This document shows positions 1 to 9,831 of a DNA stretch of 64,000 nt, one piece after another; the stretch's first letter is position 1, and each line of letters opens with the position of its first letter. This DNA comes from an archaeon. Its GTDB lineage: Archaea > Micrarchaeota > Micrarchaeia > Anstonellales > Bilamarchaeaceae. The notes below the pieces were generated by a model. The model saw nothing but the letters and a program-made list of their open reading frames with translations. It made no database searches and was not told the DNA's origin. The stretch lies in the NCBI GenBank assembly GCA_020053355.1, contig JAGVNI010000007.1, forward strand, positions 70,838-134,837, written 5' to 3'. The translations under genes were made by a program, and so were the position numbers.

Positions 1-304
1 GCCGCAAGCCCAATCCCGGCTCCAAGAAGGCATGCCTTATCGAGCGCGGTCCATCCCTCCTCGCCGTATTTGAGGGAGAGCGCAGCCACCGCCAGTATGC
101 CTATTGCGTAGCCTATCGGCGTCCATGCGGTATCCCGCGCGCCTGCCGACCAGTAGCTTGCCGCGATGATAACCCCCAAAACCGCCCAGATTATCCATGT
201 GGCCTTGTTCGGTTTCGTCTTGCGGCTAAGGGTATCGAGGATGTAAGGGACGAAGGCCAGGAAGCCGATGATTCCGGCAAGAAGGCCAAGCAATCCGGAG
301 GCTG

Positions 305-308
<4 letters not shown>
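1..308 (-). CDS. Partial hypothetical small membrane protein. The ATG sits at 308-306 and overlaps the gyrA stop (ATGA). The 3' end runs off the window.
   Basis: The reverse-complement of 1-308 reads [96 protein letters not shown]... with several hydrophobic stretches. It is absent from the ORF track because it is incomplete. Confidence 0.4.
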
Positions 309-2758
<2,450 letters not shown>

Positions 2759-2760
2759 CT

Positions 2761-4650
2761 TTATATGTCGAGGTTCTTGACCGTGGCGCCATGCTCCTCG
2801 ATGAATGCGCGCCTCGGCTCGACCAGATCGCCCATCAGGAGCGTGAACAGCTCGTCTGCCACGAGCGCATCCTCCACCGTGACCCGCTTCAGCGTCCGCG
2901 TCTCCGGGTTCATAGTGGTCTCCCAGAGCTGGTCGGCGTTCATCTCACCAAGGCCTTTGTAGCGCTGGACGTTGGCATCCCCGCCGACGGCCTTAAGCGC
3001 GTCGGCCAGCTGCGCGTCCGTGTACATGTACTGCACGCTCTTGCCTTTCTGCACCCGGAAAAGCGGGGGCTGGGCGATGTAGAGGTATCCCTTGTCTATC
3101 AGCGCCCTGAAATAACGGTAGAACAGGGTGAGGATAAGCGTCCGGATATGCGAGCCGTCCACATCGGCATCGGTCATGATGATGACCTTGTGGTATCGCA
3201 GCTTGCCCATGTTGAAGTCCTCCTTGAACCCGGCCCCAAGGGACAGGACGATGTTCCGGATTGCCTCGCTGTCGATGATTTTGTGGATTGGGGCTTTTTC
3301 CACGTTCAGGATTTTGCCCCGAAGGGGCAGTATGGCCTGGTAGCGGCGGTCCCTTGCCTGCTTGGAGCTGCCGCCTGCCGAATCGCCCTCCACGAAATAT
3401 ATCTCGCATTTCGCCGGGTCTTCTTCCGAGCAGTCCGCCAGCTTGCCCGGGAGCACGCTGCTTTCGAAGACGTTCTTCCTGCGAATCAGGTCCTTCGCCT
3501 TCTGCGCGGCTTCCCTCGCTTCCATGGAGTTGATGATTTTCAAAGAAATGATTTTCGCGATAGGCGGGTGCTCCTCGCAGTATGTCTTGAAGGCGTCATA
3601 GAACAGGCTGTCCACCGCGCCGCGGATTTCACTGTTGCCGAGTTTCGTCTTGGTCTGGCCTTCGAACTGCGGCTCGGGCACCTTCACGCTGATAATCGCT
3701 GTCAGGCCTTCTATGGCGTCATCCCCGGTAATCTTGTGCTCCTCCTTGACAAGCTTGGCCGATTTCGTATAATCGTTCACGGCCCGTGTAAGCGCGGTCC
3801 GGAATCCGACCACATGCGTCCCGCCCTCAATCGTCTTGATGTCGTTCACGAAGCTGTAGATGCTGTCGCTGTAGCCGTCGGTGTACTGGAGGGCGATTTC
3901 GACTTCCACATGGTCGGTCTTCTTGTTCAGGTAATACGGCTCGTGGAGCTTGTTTCGCGCTTCGTTGATGTGCTTGACGAACTCGACGATTCCGCCTTCG
4001 TAGCAGAACTCCTCCTTCTTCCCGACCCGCTCGTCCGAGAGGGAGATTCTCAGGCCCTTGTTGAGGAAGGCGAGCTCCATGATGCGCTCGCGGAGGTAAT
4101 CGTAATCGAATTCAATCGAGGGGAATATCTGCGAATCGGGCTTGAACGAGACAATGGTCCCCCGCACGGCCGAGTGCGCGCCCACCTTGAATGGCTCCCT
4201 CGGCTTTCCCCTGGCATATCCGATGGTGTGGCACTTGCCGTCCCGGTGAACCTCGATGTCCATCCACTCGGAGAGGCCGTTGACGACGCCCATGCCTACC
4301 CCGTGCAGGCCCCCTGAGACCTTGTATGCCTTCTTGTCGAACTTTCCTCCTGCATGGAGGGCGCTGGCAACCAGCTCCAGGCCGGATTTGCCTGAAGGGT
4401 GCATATCCACCGGGATGCCCCTTCCGTCGTCCTTGATGAGCGCGGAGCCGTCTTTCCGGAGCTCCACCTGTATGTTCTTGCAGTGGCCTGCAAGGGCTTC
4501 GTCTATGCTGTTGTCCACGATTTCGTAGACCAGATGATGAAGACCCCTTTTGGACGTGTCGCCTATGTACATGCCAGGCCTTTTCCGGACCCCGTCCAGG
4601 CCTGTCAGGACCTGTATTTCCTTCGCTGTGTAACCGCTATCCTCAGCCAT
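2761..4650 (-). CDS. gyrB: DNA gyrase subunit B
   Basis: The 629-aa product has a GHKL ATPase N-terminus ([19 protein letters not shown]) and Toprim motifs (EGDSAGGS). It ends 2 nt before the gyrA start. Confidence 0.95.
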   Translation of the reverse strand: MAEDSGYTAKEIQVLTGLDGVRKRPGMYIGDTSKRGLHHLVYEIVDNSIDEALAGHCKNIQVELRKDGSALIKDDGRGIPVDMHPSGKSGLELVASALHAGGKFDKKAYKVSGGLHGVGMGVVNGLSEWMDIEVHRDGKCHTIGYARGKPREPFKVGAHSAVRGTIVSFKPDSQIFPSIEFDYDYLRERIMELAFLNKGLRISLSDERVGKKEEFCYEGGIVEFVKHINEARNKLHEPYYLNKKTDHVEVEIALQYTDGYSDSIYSFVNDIKTIEGGTHVVGFRTALTRAVNDYTKSAKLVKEEHKITGDDAIEGLTAIISVKVPEPQFEGQTKTKLGNSEIRGAVDSLFYDAFKTYCEEHPPIAKIISLKIINSMEAREAAQKAKDLIRRKNVFESSVLPGKLADCSEEDPAKCEIYFVEGDSAGGSSKQARDRRYQAILPLRGKILNVEKAPIHKIIDSEAIRNIVLSLGAGFKEDFNMGKLRYHKVIIMTDADVDGSHIRTLILTLFYRYFRALIDKGYLYIAQPPLFRVQKGKSVQYMYTDAQLADALKAVGGDANVQRYKGLGEMNADQLWETTMNPETRTLKRVTVEDALVADELFTLLMGDLVEPRRAFIEEHGATVKNLDI

Positions 4651-4754
4651 ACAATTACCACTAGTTCCTTGATGTGAATTTACGTCGTAGAGAATTCAGT
4701 ATTCTTGCCAAAAATATATTGTCTGGGAGGCTTTAAATTGGTATGGTTTTTTAC

Positions 4755-4808
4755 GGCATTGCACACAAAATAATGCCTGCACATAAACTCTTTTGGCTGC
4801 ACATTAAT
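4755..4808. promoter_or_regulatory. Operator-like repeats in the gyrB/island intergenic region
   Basis: An inverted repeat GGCATT-N11-AATGCC lies at 4755-4777. It is followed by a direct repeat of G(C/G)CTGCACAT(A/T)AA at 4776-4788 and 4796-4808. Confidence 0.3.
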
Positions 4809-4865
4809 TAGGCCTTTTTTGACGATAAAGATTTCATTTTATGACCGTTCCCACCTCTCAAAGGC

Positions 4866-4873
4866 TATAAATA
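4866..4873 (+). promoter_or_regulatory. TATA box for a leaderless transcript of the 4896 gene
   Basis: TATAAATA lies 23-30 nt upstream of the ATG at 4896. This is typical archaeal promoter geometry. Confidence 0.45.
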
Positions 4874-4895
4874 TACCTTTTCAAAATATAATTAT

Positions 4896-5603
4896 ATGAC
4901 GGAACAGCTAGCGCAAGTCGATTCCCCCAAATATTGGCGAATTTTTATAACTGCCGCTTCGGAATTTGACATACAAGGCGTTAATCTTCGAGAGGGGATC
5001 TGCAAGCACCTCAAATTACCGGGTCAAGTTTCGAATATCAAAGACGGAGTTGAACTAATTATATACGGAAACAAGATACAAGCAGAAGAAGCGAAAAAAA
5101 GAGTTTATGGCATTTGCAGGGCAATTCATGGTAGTGAAGATGTCGCCGGACTTGATATAACTCTCTCCGAGCGTCTATTTGACTTCGATATTTCCTCAGT
5201 AAAAGTAAATATTCTTCGTTCTGATGACCTACGGGAAATGGTTTGGGGCTTACAAGGGGCGGGAAGGGTCTTTCAGAAACAATTAGAACAAAAAAAGAAT
5301 CAGTGCTTTATTTCAATTACTTCGATTATAGGCTATGCTGTCGATGATGGAAGCAGTATTGCTCTCCTACAAAATCACCAAATCATGCTTCGAGAGATTC
5401 TTCAAGAGACCCCGTTTGATGAAGAGTTGACTAATTGGTTATTCACTTTCTTAGAAAAAATGATTGATAGTGATCGCCCTGGGTTATTAGGACTTATCGG
5501 GGCTCTTGAAAAAGAGACCGACCAATCAATTGAATCGAAGAGTAAGGATTACCAAGAACTTTACAGAAAAATCAAATTGAGGAAGGTAAAAAAGGGAAAT
5601 TAA
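4896..5603 (+). CDS. Hypothetical protein (235 aa), candidate toxin partner of the downstream Panacea-domain gene
   Basis: A complete ORF in the AT-rich island, 58 nt upstream of the DUF4065-like gene. I recognise no family from the sequence. Confidence 0.5.
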   Translation: MTEQLAQVDSPKYWRIFITAASEFDIQGVNLREGICKHLKLPGQVSNIKDGVELIIYGNKIQAEEAKKRVYGICRAIHGSEDVAGLDITLSERLFDFDISSVKVNILRSDDLREMVWGLQGAGRVFQKQLEQKKNQCFISITSIIGYAVDDGSSIALLQNHQIMLREILQETPFDEELTNWLFTFLEKMIDSDRPGLLGLIGALEKETDQSIESKSKDYQELYRKIKLRKVKKGN

Positions 5604-5660
5604 CGCAGGGAAATACACCACCGTAACGTATATTAACTCCTTTCGCCCCATAAAACTAGT

Positions 5661-6092
5661 ATGCGAACCGAGTTGGTGCAGCTCATTGGCGACTATTATT
5701 TTTCAATGTTTGGTGAGCCAGTTAGTGTAGAATCTTTTCAAAAAAGGCTACAATTTCAAAAATTTGTCTACACATTGGCGCACTTCAACATCATCCCAGA
5801 AGCAAAACCCTTATTCAATTGGTATATCCGAGGCCCTTATTCAAGCACAATTATGGATATTGCGTATGAACTTAGGAGTTCGGATATGTCCTTTGAGTCT
5901 AAACCACTTCCATCTGAACTATCCTTTTTTAATGAAATTAAAAATGATTCTCGAAAAATAGAATTATACGCCTCGCTTTTGTTCCTGAAGGATGCAAGGT
6001 ATTCTAAATCCGAGGCCAAAAAGCTGATTTTAATAAGAAAACCAGATTATTCACTCGAAGAAATTGAAGAAATGATTTCTCATATTCGTTGA
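5661..6092 (+). CDS. Panacea (DUF4065)-like antitoxin-type protein
   Basis: The segment FQKRLQFQKFVYTLAHFNI...KPLFNWYIRGPYSS resembles the KLQKLLYYAQ...PLF..W.YGPV core of DUF4065/SocA-like proteins. Confidence 0.5.
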   Translation: MRTELVQLIGDYYFSMFGEPVSVESFQKRLQFQKFVYTLAHFNIIPEAKPLFNWYIRGPYSSTIMDIAYELRSSDMSFESKPLPSELSFFNEIKNDSRKIELYASLLFLKDARYSKSEAKKLILIRKPDYSLEEIEEMISHIR

Positions 6093-6127
6093 ATGCAATT
6101 CGAACAAGCTCGATATGATCTACATTT

Positions 6128-7243
6128 TCATAACTGAGCGGTTGTACTCGGTTTTTTCGTTATTCCGAACAACCCGCCGTCAGATGACAACAAAAAAAGA
6201 CCTTTTTCATTTTCTATCGTCTTCATTTTCACATTAGTTTTCTTATTTTTCAATGCCCCATAGTTTTCATGAACTAGTTTAGATAACACATCCTTGTCTA
6301 TCCCAAAAATGAACTCTGAGTTAGGCATTATGTTGTCAATATCCAGCATATTACTTAGTTTAGAATGCTTTCCACTGCCCACTAATCTTTTTACGAACTG
6401 ATATGTGTTTTCTCCAATAGTGATTCGGTCCATTCCTTCATTGCTAGGTCCCTCTACCCGTAACTCTCTTTTTTCTAATATCCCTGGCAATAACTCTTTC
6501 TTTTTTGGGTAAAGATCGATTAGCTTAGCTTTATACTCTGAATATAACTGATTCCCAATTCTTTCAAAACCAGCATATTTGCATAATCTGGTATAATGTT
6601 TCAATACCTGCAACTCATACCTAGATGATTCACTTTGATCACTTCCTGGGGGGTCAGCAACAACCAGACTTGATCCTAAATCAGCATTGCTGATTAAGGT
6701 TGAAATAACAAATCGAGCTGTAGTTACCGCTGGAAGTAATCTCGCATTCTTTTGTTCTACCCCGGAAGTTATCTGAGTTCTTTGGGTCTTATGATTAAAC
6801 GTTCCTTTGCATTCAAACACCATTTCCCTTCCTTCAGACGTAACTCTATAATCTGGCCTCCTTGAAGACCCCTCAACCTCGCTTATCTCTTCCCAGTTTA
6901 AGTCAAATGTTTTCTGCATAAATAATATCCCAATTCCAACTCCCACTGCTTCGGCTACCCTACGCCTATGTTCAGAACCCATTCGCCTACAGAAGAACCC
7001 CGGTTTATCCAAAAGAAAGCTTCCTAACAGAAATCTGCCGTTATAAAAGTACTCCTCCATGCTGGGTCTGCTTACTGGATAAAGATAACGCCCCGCGGTA
7101 GAAATAAGTTCGAGATAAGTAAAACGAAATTTGTTTTGATGATTGCGAAGACGATGATCAATCGGATCTGAAAATCGTTCTAATGTTAGATCTACCCCCC
7201 TTTCTTTCTTCAATAGCGCTTCAGTTTCGAAATCAAGTTCCAT
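6128..7243 (-). CDS. PD-(D/E)xK nuclease-fold protein (371 aa), candidate defence/restriction effector
   Basis: The motif RRPDYRVTSEGREMVFECKG reads as D...E.E.K. It is preceded by a hydrophobic beta strand (AVGVGIGILFM) and followed by a 220-aa C-terminal domain of unknown function. Confidence 0.55.
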   Translation of the reverse strand: MELDFETEALLKKERGVDLTLERFSDPIDHRLRNHQNKFRFTYLELISTAGRYLYPVSRPSMEEYFYNGRFLLGSFLLDKPGFFCRRMGSEHRRRVAEAVGVGIGILFMQKTFDLNWEEISEVEGSSRRPDYRVTSEGREMVFECKGTFNHKTQRTQITSGVEQKNARLLPAVTTARFVISTLISNADLGSSLVVADPPGSDQSESSRYELQVLKHYTRLCKYAGFERIGNQLYSEYKAKLIDLYPKKKELLPGILEKRELRVEGPSNEGMDRITIGENTYQFVKRLVGSGKHSKLSNMLDIDNIMPNSEFIFGIDKDVLSKLVHENYGALKNKKTNVKMKTIENEKGLFLLSSDGGLFGITKKPSTTAQL

Positions 7244-7312
7244 ATTCTTTCCTCGGTGTCGGTATATTCCAACTTAATTTTATAAATCAGTACCGACGTT
7301 AAGCCTAAAAAC

Positions 7313-7333
7313 TAGTACGTACTAAGTACGTAC
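7313..7333. promoter_or_regulatory. Palindromic operator (TAGTACGTACTA plus a second AGTACGTAC copy) abutting a start codon
   Basis: A perfect 12-bp palindrome at 7313-7324 and a repeat of AGTACGTAC at 7325-7333, directly before the ATG at 7334. Confidence 0.4.
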
Positions 7334-7492
7334 ATGGGAAAAGGGCGAATACAGGTAGAATACGACGATGTAGATAGTCGTGAAGTAAAAGGAATGACGA
7401 AACGTCGTTGCGGCTACGTCTACTTATCGCCAGCATGGATAGACCGAAAGGTGCTGGTTCTATTGTTGCCTGAAAAGGAGATGAAAAAATGA
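7334..7492 (+). CDS. Small protein (52 aa), possible AbrB/MazE-like antitoxin or regulator. Not in the ORF track.
   Basis: MGKGRIQVEYDDVDSREVKGMTKRRCGYVYLSPAWIDRKVLVLLLPEKEMKK. Its TGA stop overlaps the ATG of the next ORF (ATGA at 7489-7492). The operator palindrome lies just upstream. Confidence 0.35.
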   Translation: MGKGRIQVEYDDVDSREVKGMTKRRCGYVYLSPAWIDRKVLVLLLPEKEMKK

Positions 7493-7779
7493 CGAGATCT
7501 ACTACTGAAGAATGGGATCAGAAAAATAGCATATTACTCAAACGCATGCAGATATACGAAATAGAATATCGCGAACGAAATTGTCTCAAGAAGACTGATA
7601 ACCACTTGAAAACAGGATGCCACGAAGTAGGTGGAGTAATCTATTGTCCAGCACTAAAAAAGTCTAAAGCAAGAAAATTCAAAAAAGAGATTGAGCAGCA
7701 GATTGCGCTCGCTTCAACGCTGAGCTCAAATACTTACTCGAATACTACTAGACGAGAAAACCCTCTACCGCTTGATTGA
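7489..7779 (+). CDS. Hypothetical 96-aa protein, coupled to the small upstream gene. Possible toxin.
   Basis: ATGA translational coupling with the 52-aa ORF. It contains C-x11-CH-x7-C. Its 3' end overlaps the convergent 7748..8836 gene by 32 nt. Confidence 0.3.
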   Translation: MTRSTTEEWDQKNSILLKRMQIYEIEYRERNCLKKTDNHLKTGCHEVGGVIYCPALKKSKARKFKKEIEQQIALASTLSSNTYSNTTRRENPLPLD

Positions 7780-8836
7780 GGAGCTCATGCTGCGGACAAT
7801 ATTTACCGACGAAGGTCCCTCGTCTAAGACTTACTGCGCTTTGCTGGAGGGCAAAACGACTTGCCACGGTTTCATAGCTGTATACTGGTTGGTGGAGTTC
7901 ATGCTCGGAACAAAGCTCGTAGATCTGGCCCATCTTCCGTATGTCGATGAAAGGACTGAATCCACTCTCTGAAACAAACTCGTCAGAGGGGTAGCGATTG
8001 GTCTGTTCTTTCCTTGAAAGAAGACCGAGACTAGCCTCATCGAATAGCCGGAGCTTAGTATAGTCCATGTCTCCCCCAGGATTTTGGTATTTTCTTATCG
8101 ATGTACTCTTGATGCCGAAGAAAGATAGCAGGCTCGGATAAGATGCTGGGATCCCTTTCCTTCTATACAGTCGTTCTACACCGCTCATATGCACCCATAG
8201 GGATTTTTTTGAGAATTCACGTAGAAAGACGAACTTCTCGTAGTTTCCAGTAAGGGAACGGTGTCTGATGTCGAGGCTCACGATGCCTGCGGCAAGGGCA
8301 GCTTCGATTTTATTCTCGAATGCCTCATCGTTATCACTTGCCATATCAATCAATACTCTTGGGAGTTTATCCTTTGACCGAATGGCGTCGATACAGTTCC
8401 CGATGTCTACCTCTAGCGATTCCACCGAACTCTCTGGTGATCGCTCGGGTATTGTCACGATGTCCAGTTCGCTCATCAACTGGCCACGGACATAGTTTCC
8501 AACAAACGTGTCGTCAAGGTCTCTCCATTTCGTTCCTGCACCAGGTTGTGCGCGTTGTAGAGTATGAGAAGCAACGCGAGAAGATTGGCCAGCAAGGCGC
8601 AAGTTTAATTCTTGGGAAAACGAGTCGTCGCTTCCCTTGACATTGAGTCCGAGCCGATTGAGATCATCGTCGATTATCTCGAATAGTTCATGAGGATATT
8701 CATAAGAGGTCTTTCCGAAACAGTGACTAAGACCTTTCTTGTAGCCATACTCGGTTGGCGTCAGTGCCCGCGTAGGCAACAGAACATGATTCGTTGGGGT
8801 TTCGAGAACCCATCCACCATCAATCAACTTCGTCAT
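7748..8836 (-). CDS. Hypothetical 362-aa protein, possibly a TGT/DpdA-like TIM-barrel. Weak.
   Basis: The start is taken at MTKLIDGG, whose ATG overlaps the stop of the upstream 75-aa gene (ATGA). GGWVLETPTNHVLLPTRALTP loosely resembles the hG.veTP.FMPVGT motif of tRNA-guanine transglycosylase-family enzymes. There is a C/H cluster near the C-terminus. Confidence 0.5.
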   Translation of the reverse strand: MTKLIDGGWVLETPTNHVLLPTRALTPTEYGYKKGLSHCFGKTSYEYPHELFEIIDDDLNRLGLNVKGSDDSFSQELNLRLAGQSSRVASHTLQRAQPGAGTKWRDLDDTFVGNYVRGQLMSELDIVTIPERSPESSVESLEVDIGNCIDAIRSKDKLPRVLIDMASDNDEAFENKIEAALAAGIVSLDIRHRSLTGNYEKFVFLREFSKKSLWVHMSGVERLYRRKGIPASYPSLLSFFGIKSTSIRKYQNPGGDMDYTKLRLFDEASLGLLSRKEQTNRYPSDEFVSESGFSPFIDIRKMGQIYELCSEHELHQPVYSYETVASRFALQQSAVSLRRGTFVGKYCPQHELLNQAVEGFLV

Positions 8837-9060
8837 ATTTTGTTCCCTCCTTCTTTCTTTTTTTGTATCGAAACTAATATACATGCAGCACCTATCGCTA
8901 CGACAGTTCCACGAGTGAATCGTTGGACCTCCACATTCGATTTTTTCAGAGTTTCTAATACCTTTTCGTCCAGTGCAGACAGCCCGGAATGAAGTAATTC
9001 GGATTGGGCAGTTTCGAGGATCTTCTTCTCTTCTTCGGAGACCAATATCGTAGTTACCAT
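8833..9060 (-). CDS. Small 75-aa protein with a C-terminal hydrophobic helix (tail-anchored)
   Basis: Complete ORF. The hydrophobic segment is VVAIGAACILVSI. It lies 46 nt downstream of the RHH gene and is translationally coupled to the 362-aa gene. Confidence 0.45.
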   Translation of the reverse strand: MVTTILVSEEEKKILETAQSELLHSGLSALDEKVLETLKKSNVEVQRFTRGTVVAIGAACILVSIQKKKEGGNKI

Positions 9061-9106
9061 GAATGTCAGAAATATATTCCTATATACATTATATAAACAT
9101 ATCTGT

Positions 9107-9253
9107 TCATTTTTTATTATCAGCCAACCAGCTTTCTATGGCTGTTCCAATAGCTTTGGAAATGCTGCCCTTTTTCAGTCCAAATACGAGTGCAGCTTTC
9201 TTTCTGAGGCGATTCTCAAGTTCATCGGGTAAAACGATTTGCATTCGTCCCAT
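9107..9253 (-). CDS. Ribbon-helix-helix (CopG/antitoxin-type) DNA-binding protein, 48 aa
   Basis: MGRMQIVLPDELENRLRKKAALVFGLKKGSISKAIGTAIESWLADNKK is a classic RHH beta-strand plus two helices. The listed 110-aa ORF has an implausible hydrophobic N-terminal extension, so I take the start at the internal MGRM. Confidence 0.6.
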   Translation of the reverse strand: MGRMQIVLPDELENRLRKKAALVFGLKKGSISKAIGTAIESWLADNKK

Positions 9254-9273
9254 AAACACATAACTACATATAC

Positions 9274-9282
9274 ATTTATAAT
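9274..9282 (-). promoter_or_regulatory. TATA box for the RHH-led operon
   Basis: On the minus strand TTATAAAT lies about 22-29 nt upstream of the RHH ATG, in an AT-rich repeat-containing spacer. Confidence 0.4.
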
Positions 9283-9395
9283 CATTAATATATGAGATAT
9301 ACACATATACACATGCCGAGGCGATTGAAATAACGATGGGTTGCATTAGTTGTGGTTCCTCTGACATCAAAATGAACGGCAGGGCGCTATAAACG

Positions 9396-9779
9396 CTATT
9401 TTTTCCGTGACTCGTTCTCCCTGACCCTGTACCGGACAATCCTTTTCACCAGGCCAAACGGTATCGGTTCATCAATCGGGAACTGGACGGACCCTTTCGC
9501 CTGCTTATAAGGGGAAAGCTCATTTTTGAAGACGGCAATCGCCGACGGGGTGGGGTAAAACCCGATATGCTTCTTAAACGCTGCAAAATGCACAAGGTTG
9601 CCGTTCTGCCTGAATGTCGGTATCCCGTACCTAATCGTTTCTTCGGCATTGGGTGCGGACTCCCTGATGGCCAGCCTGAGTTTTCTTAATATACCCTGGA
9701 TTTCTGGCGGAAATGCGGCGATATACCCGTCCATGGTTTTTTGCTGTTTTTTTGGCATTTCCATACCTATTGCTCCCAT
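9396..9779 (-). CDS. DUF1801 (YdhG-like) family protein
   Basis: MPKKQQKTMDGYIAAFPPEIQGILRKLRLAIRESAPNAEETIRYGIPTF...LVHFAAFKKHIGFYP matches the DUF1801 pattern. The true start is probably at MPKK, near 9758. Confidence 0.65.
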   Translation of the reverse strand: MGAIGMEMPKKQQKTMDGYIAAFPPEIQGILRKLRLAIRESAPNAEETIRYGIPTFRQNGNLVHFAAFKKHIGFYPTPSAIAVFKNELSPYKQAKGSVQFPIDEPIPFGLVKRIVRYRVRENESRKK

Positions 9780-9831
9780 GGCGGCATACTGCGGCCGGTA
9801 TTGCGATAAAACACGGGCCCGGGCGGTTTTT

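Noticed and set aside
8821-8880. A displayed sequence line that appears 2 nt short relative to the ORF-track coordinates near 8821-8880.
   Set aside because: The ORF-track coordinates are self-consistent on both sides, so I used them. This is most likely a transcription or formatting quirk with no biological meaning.
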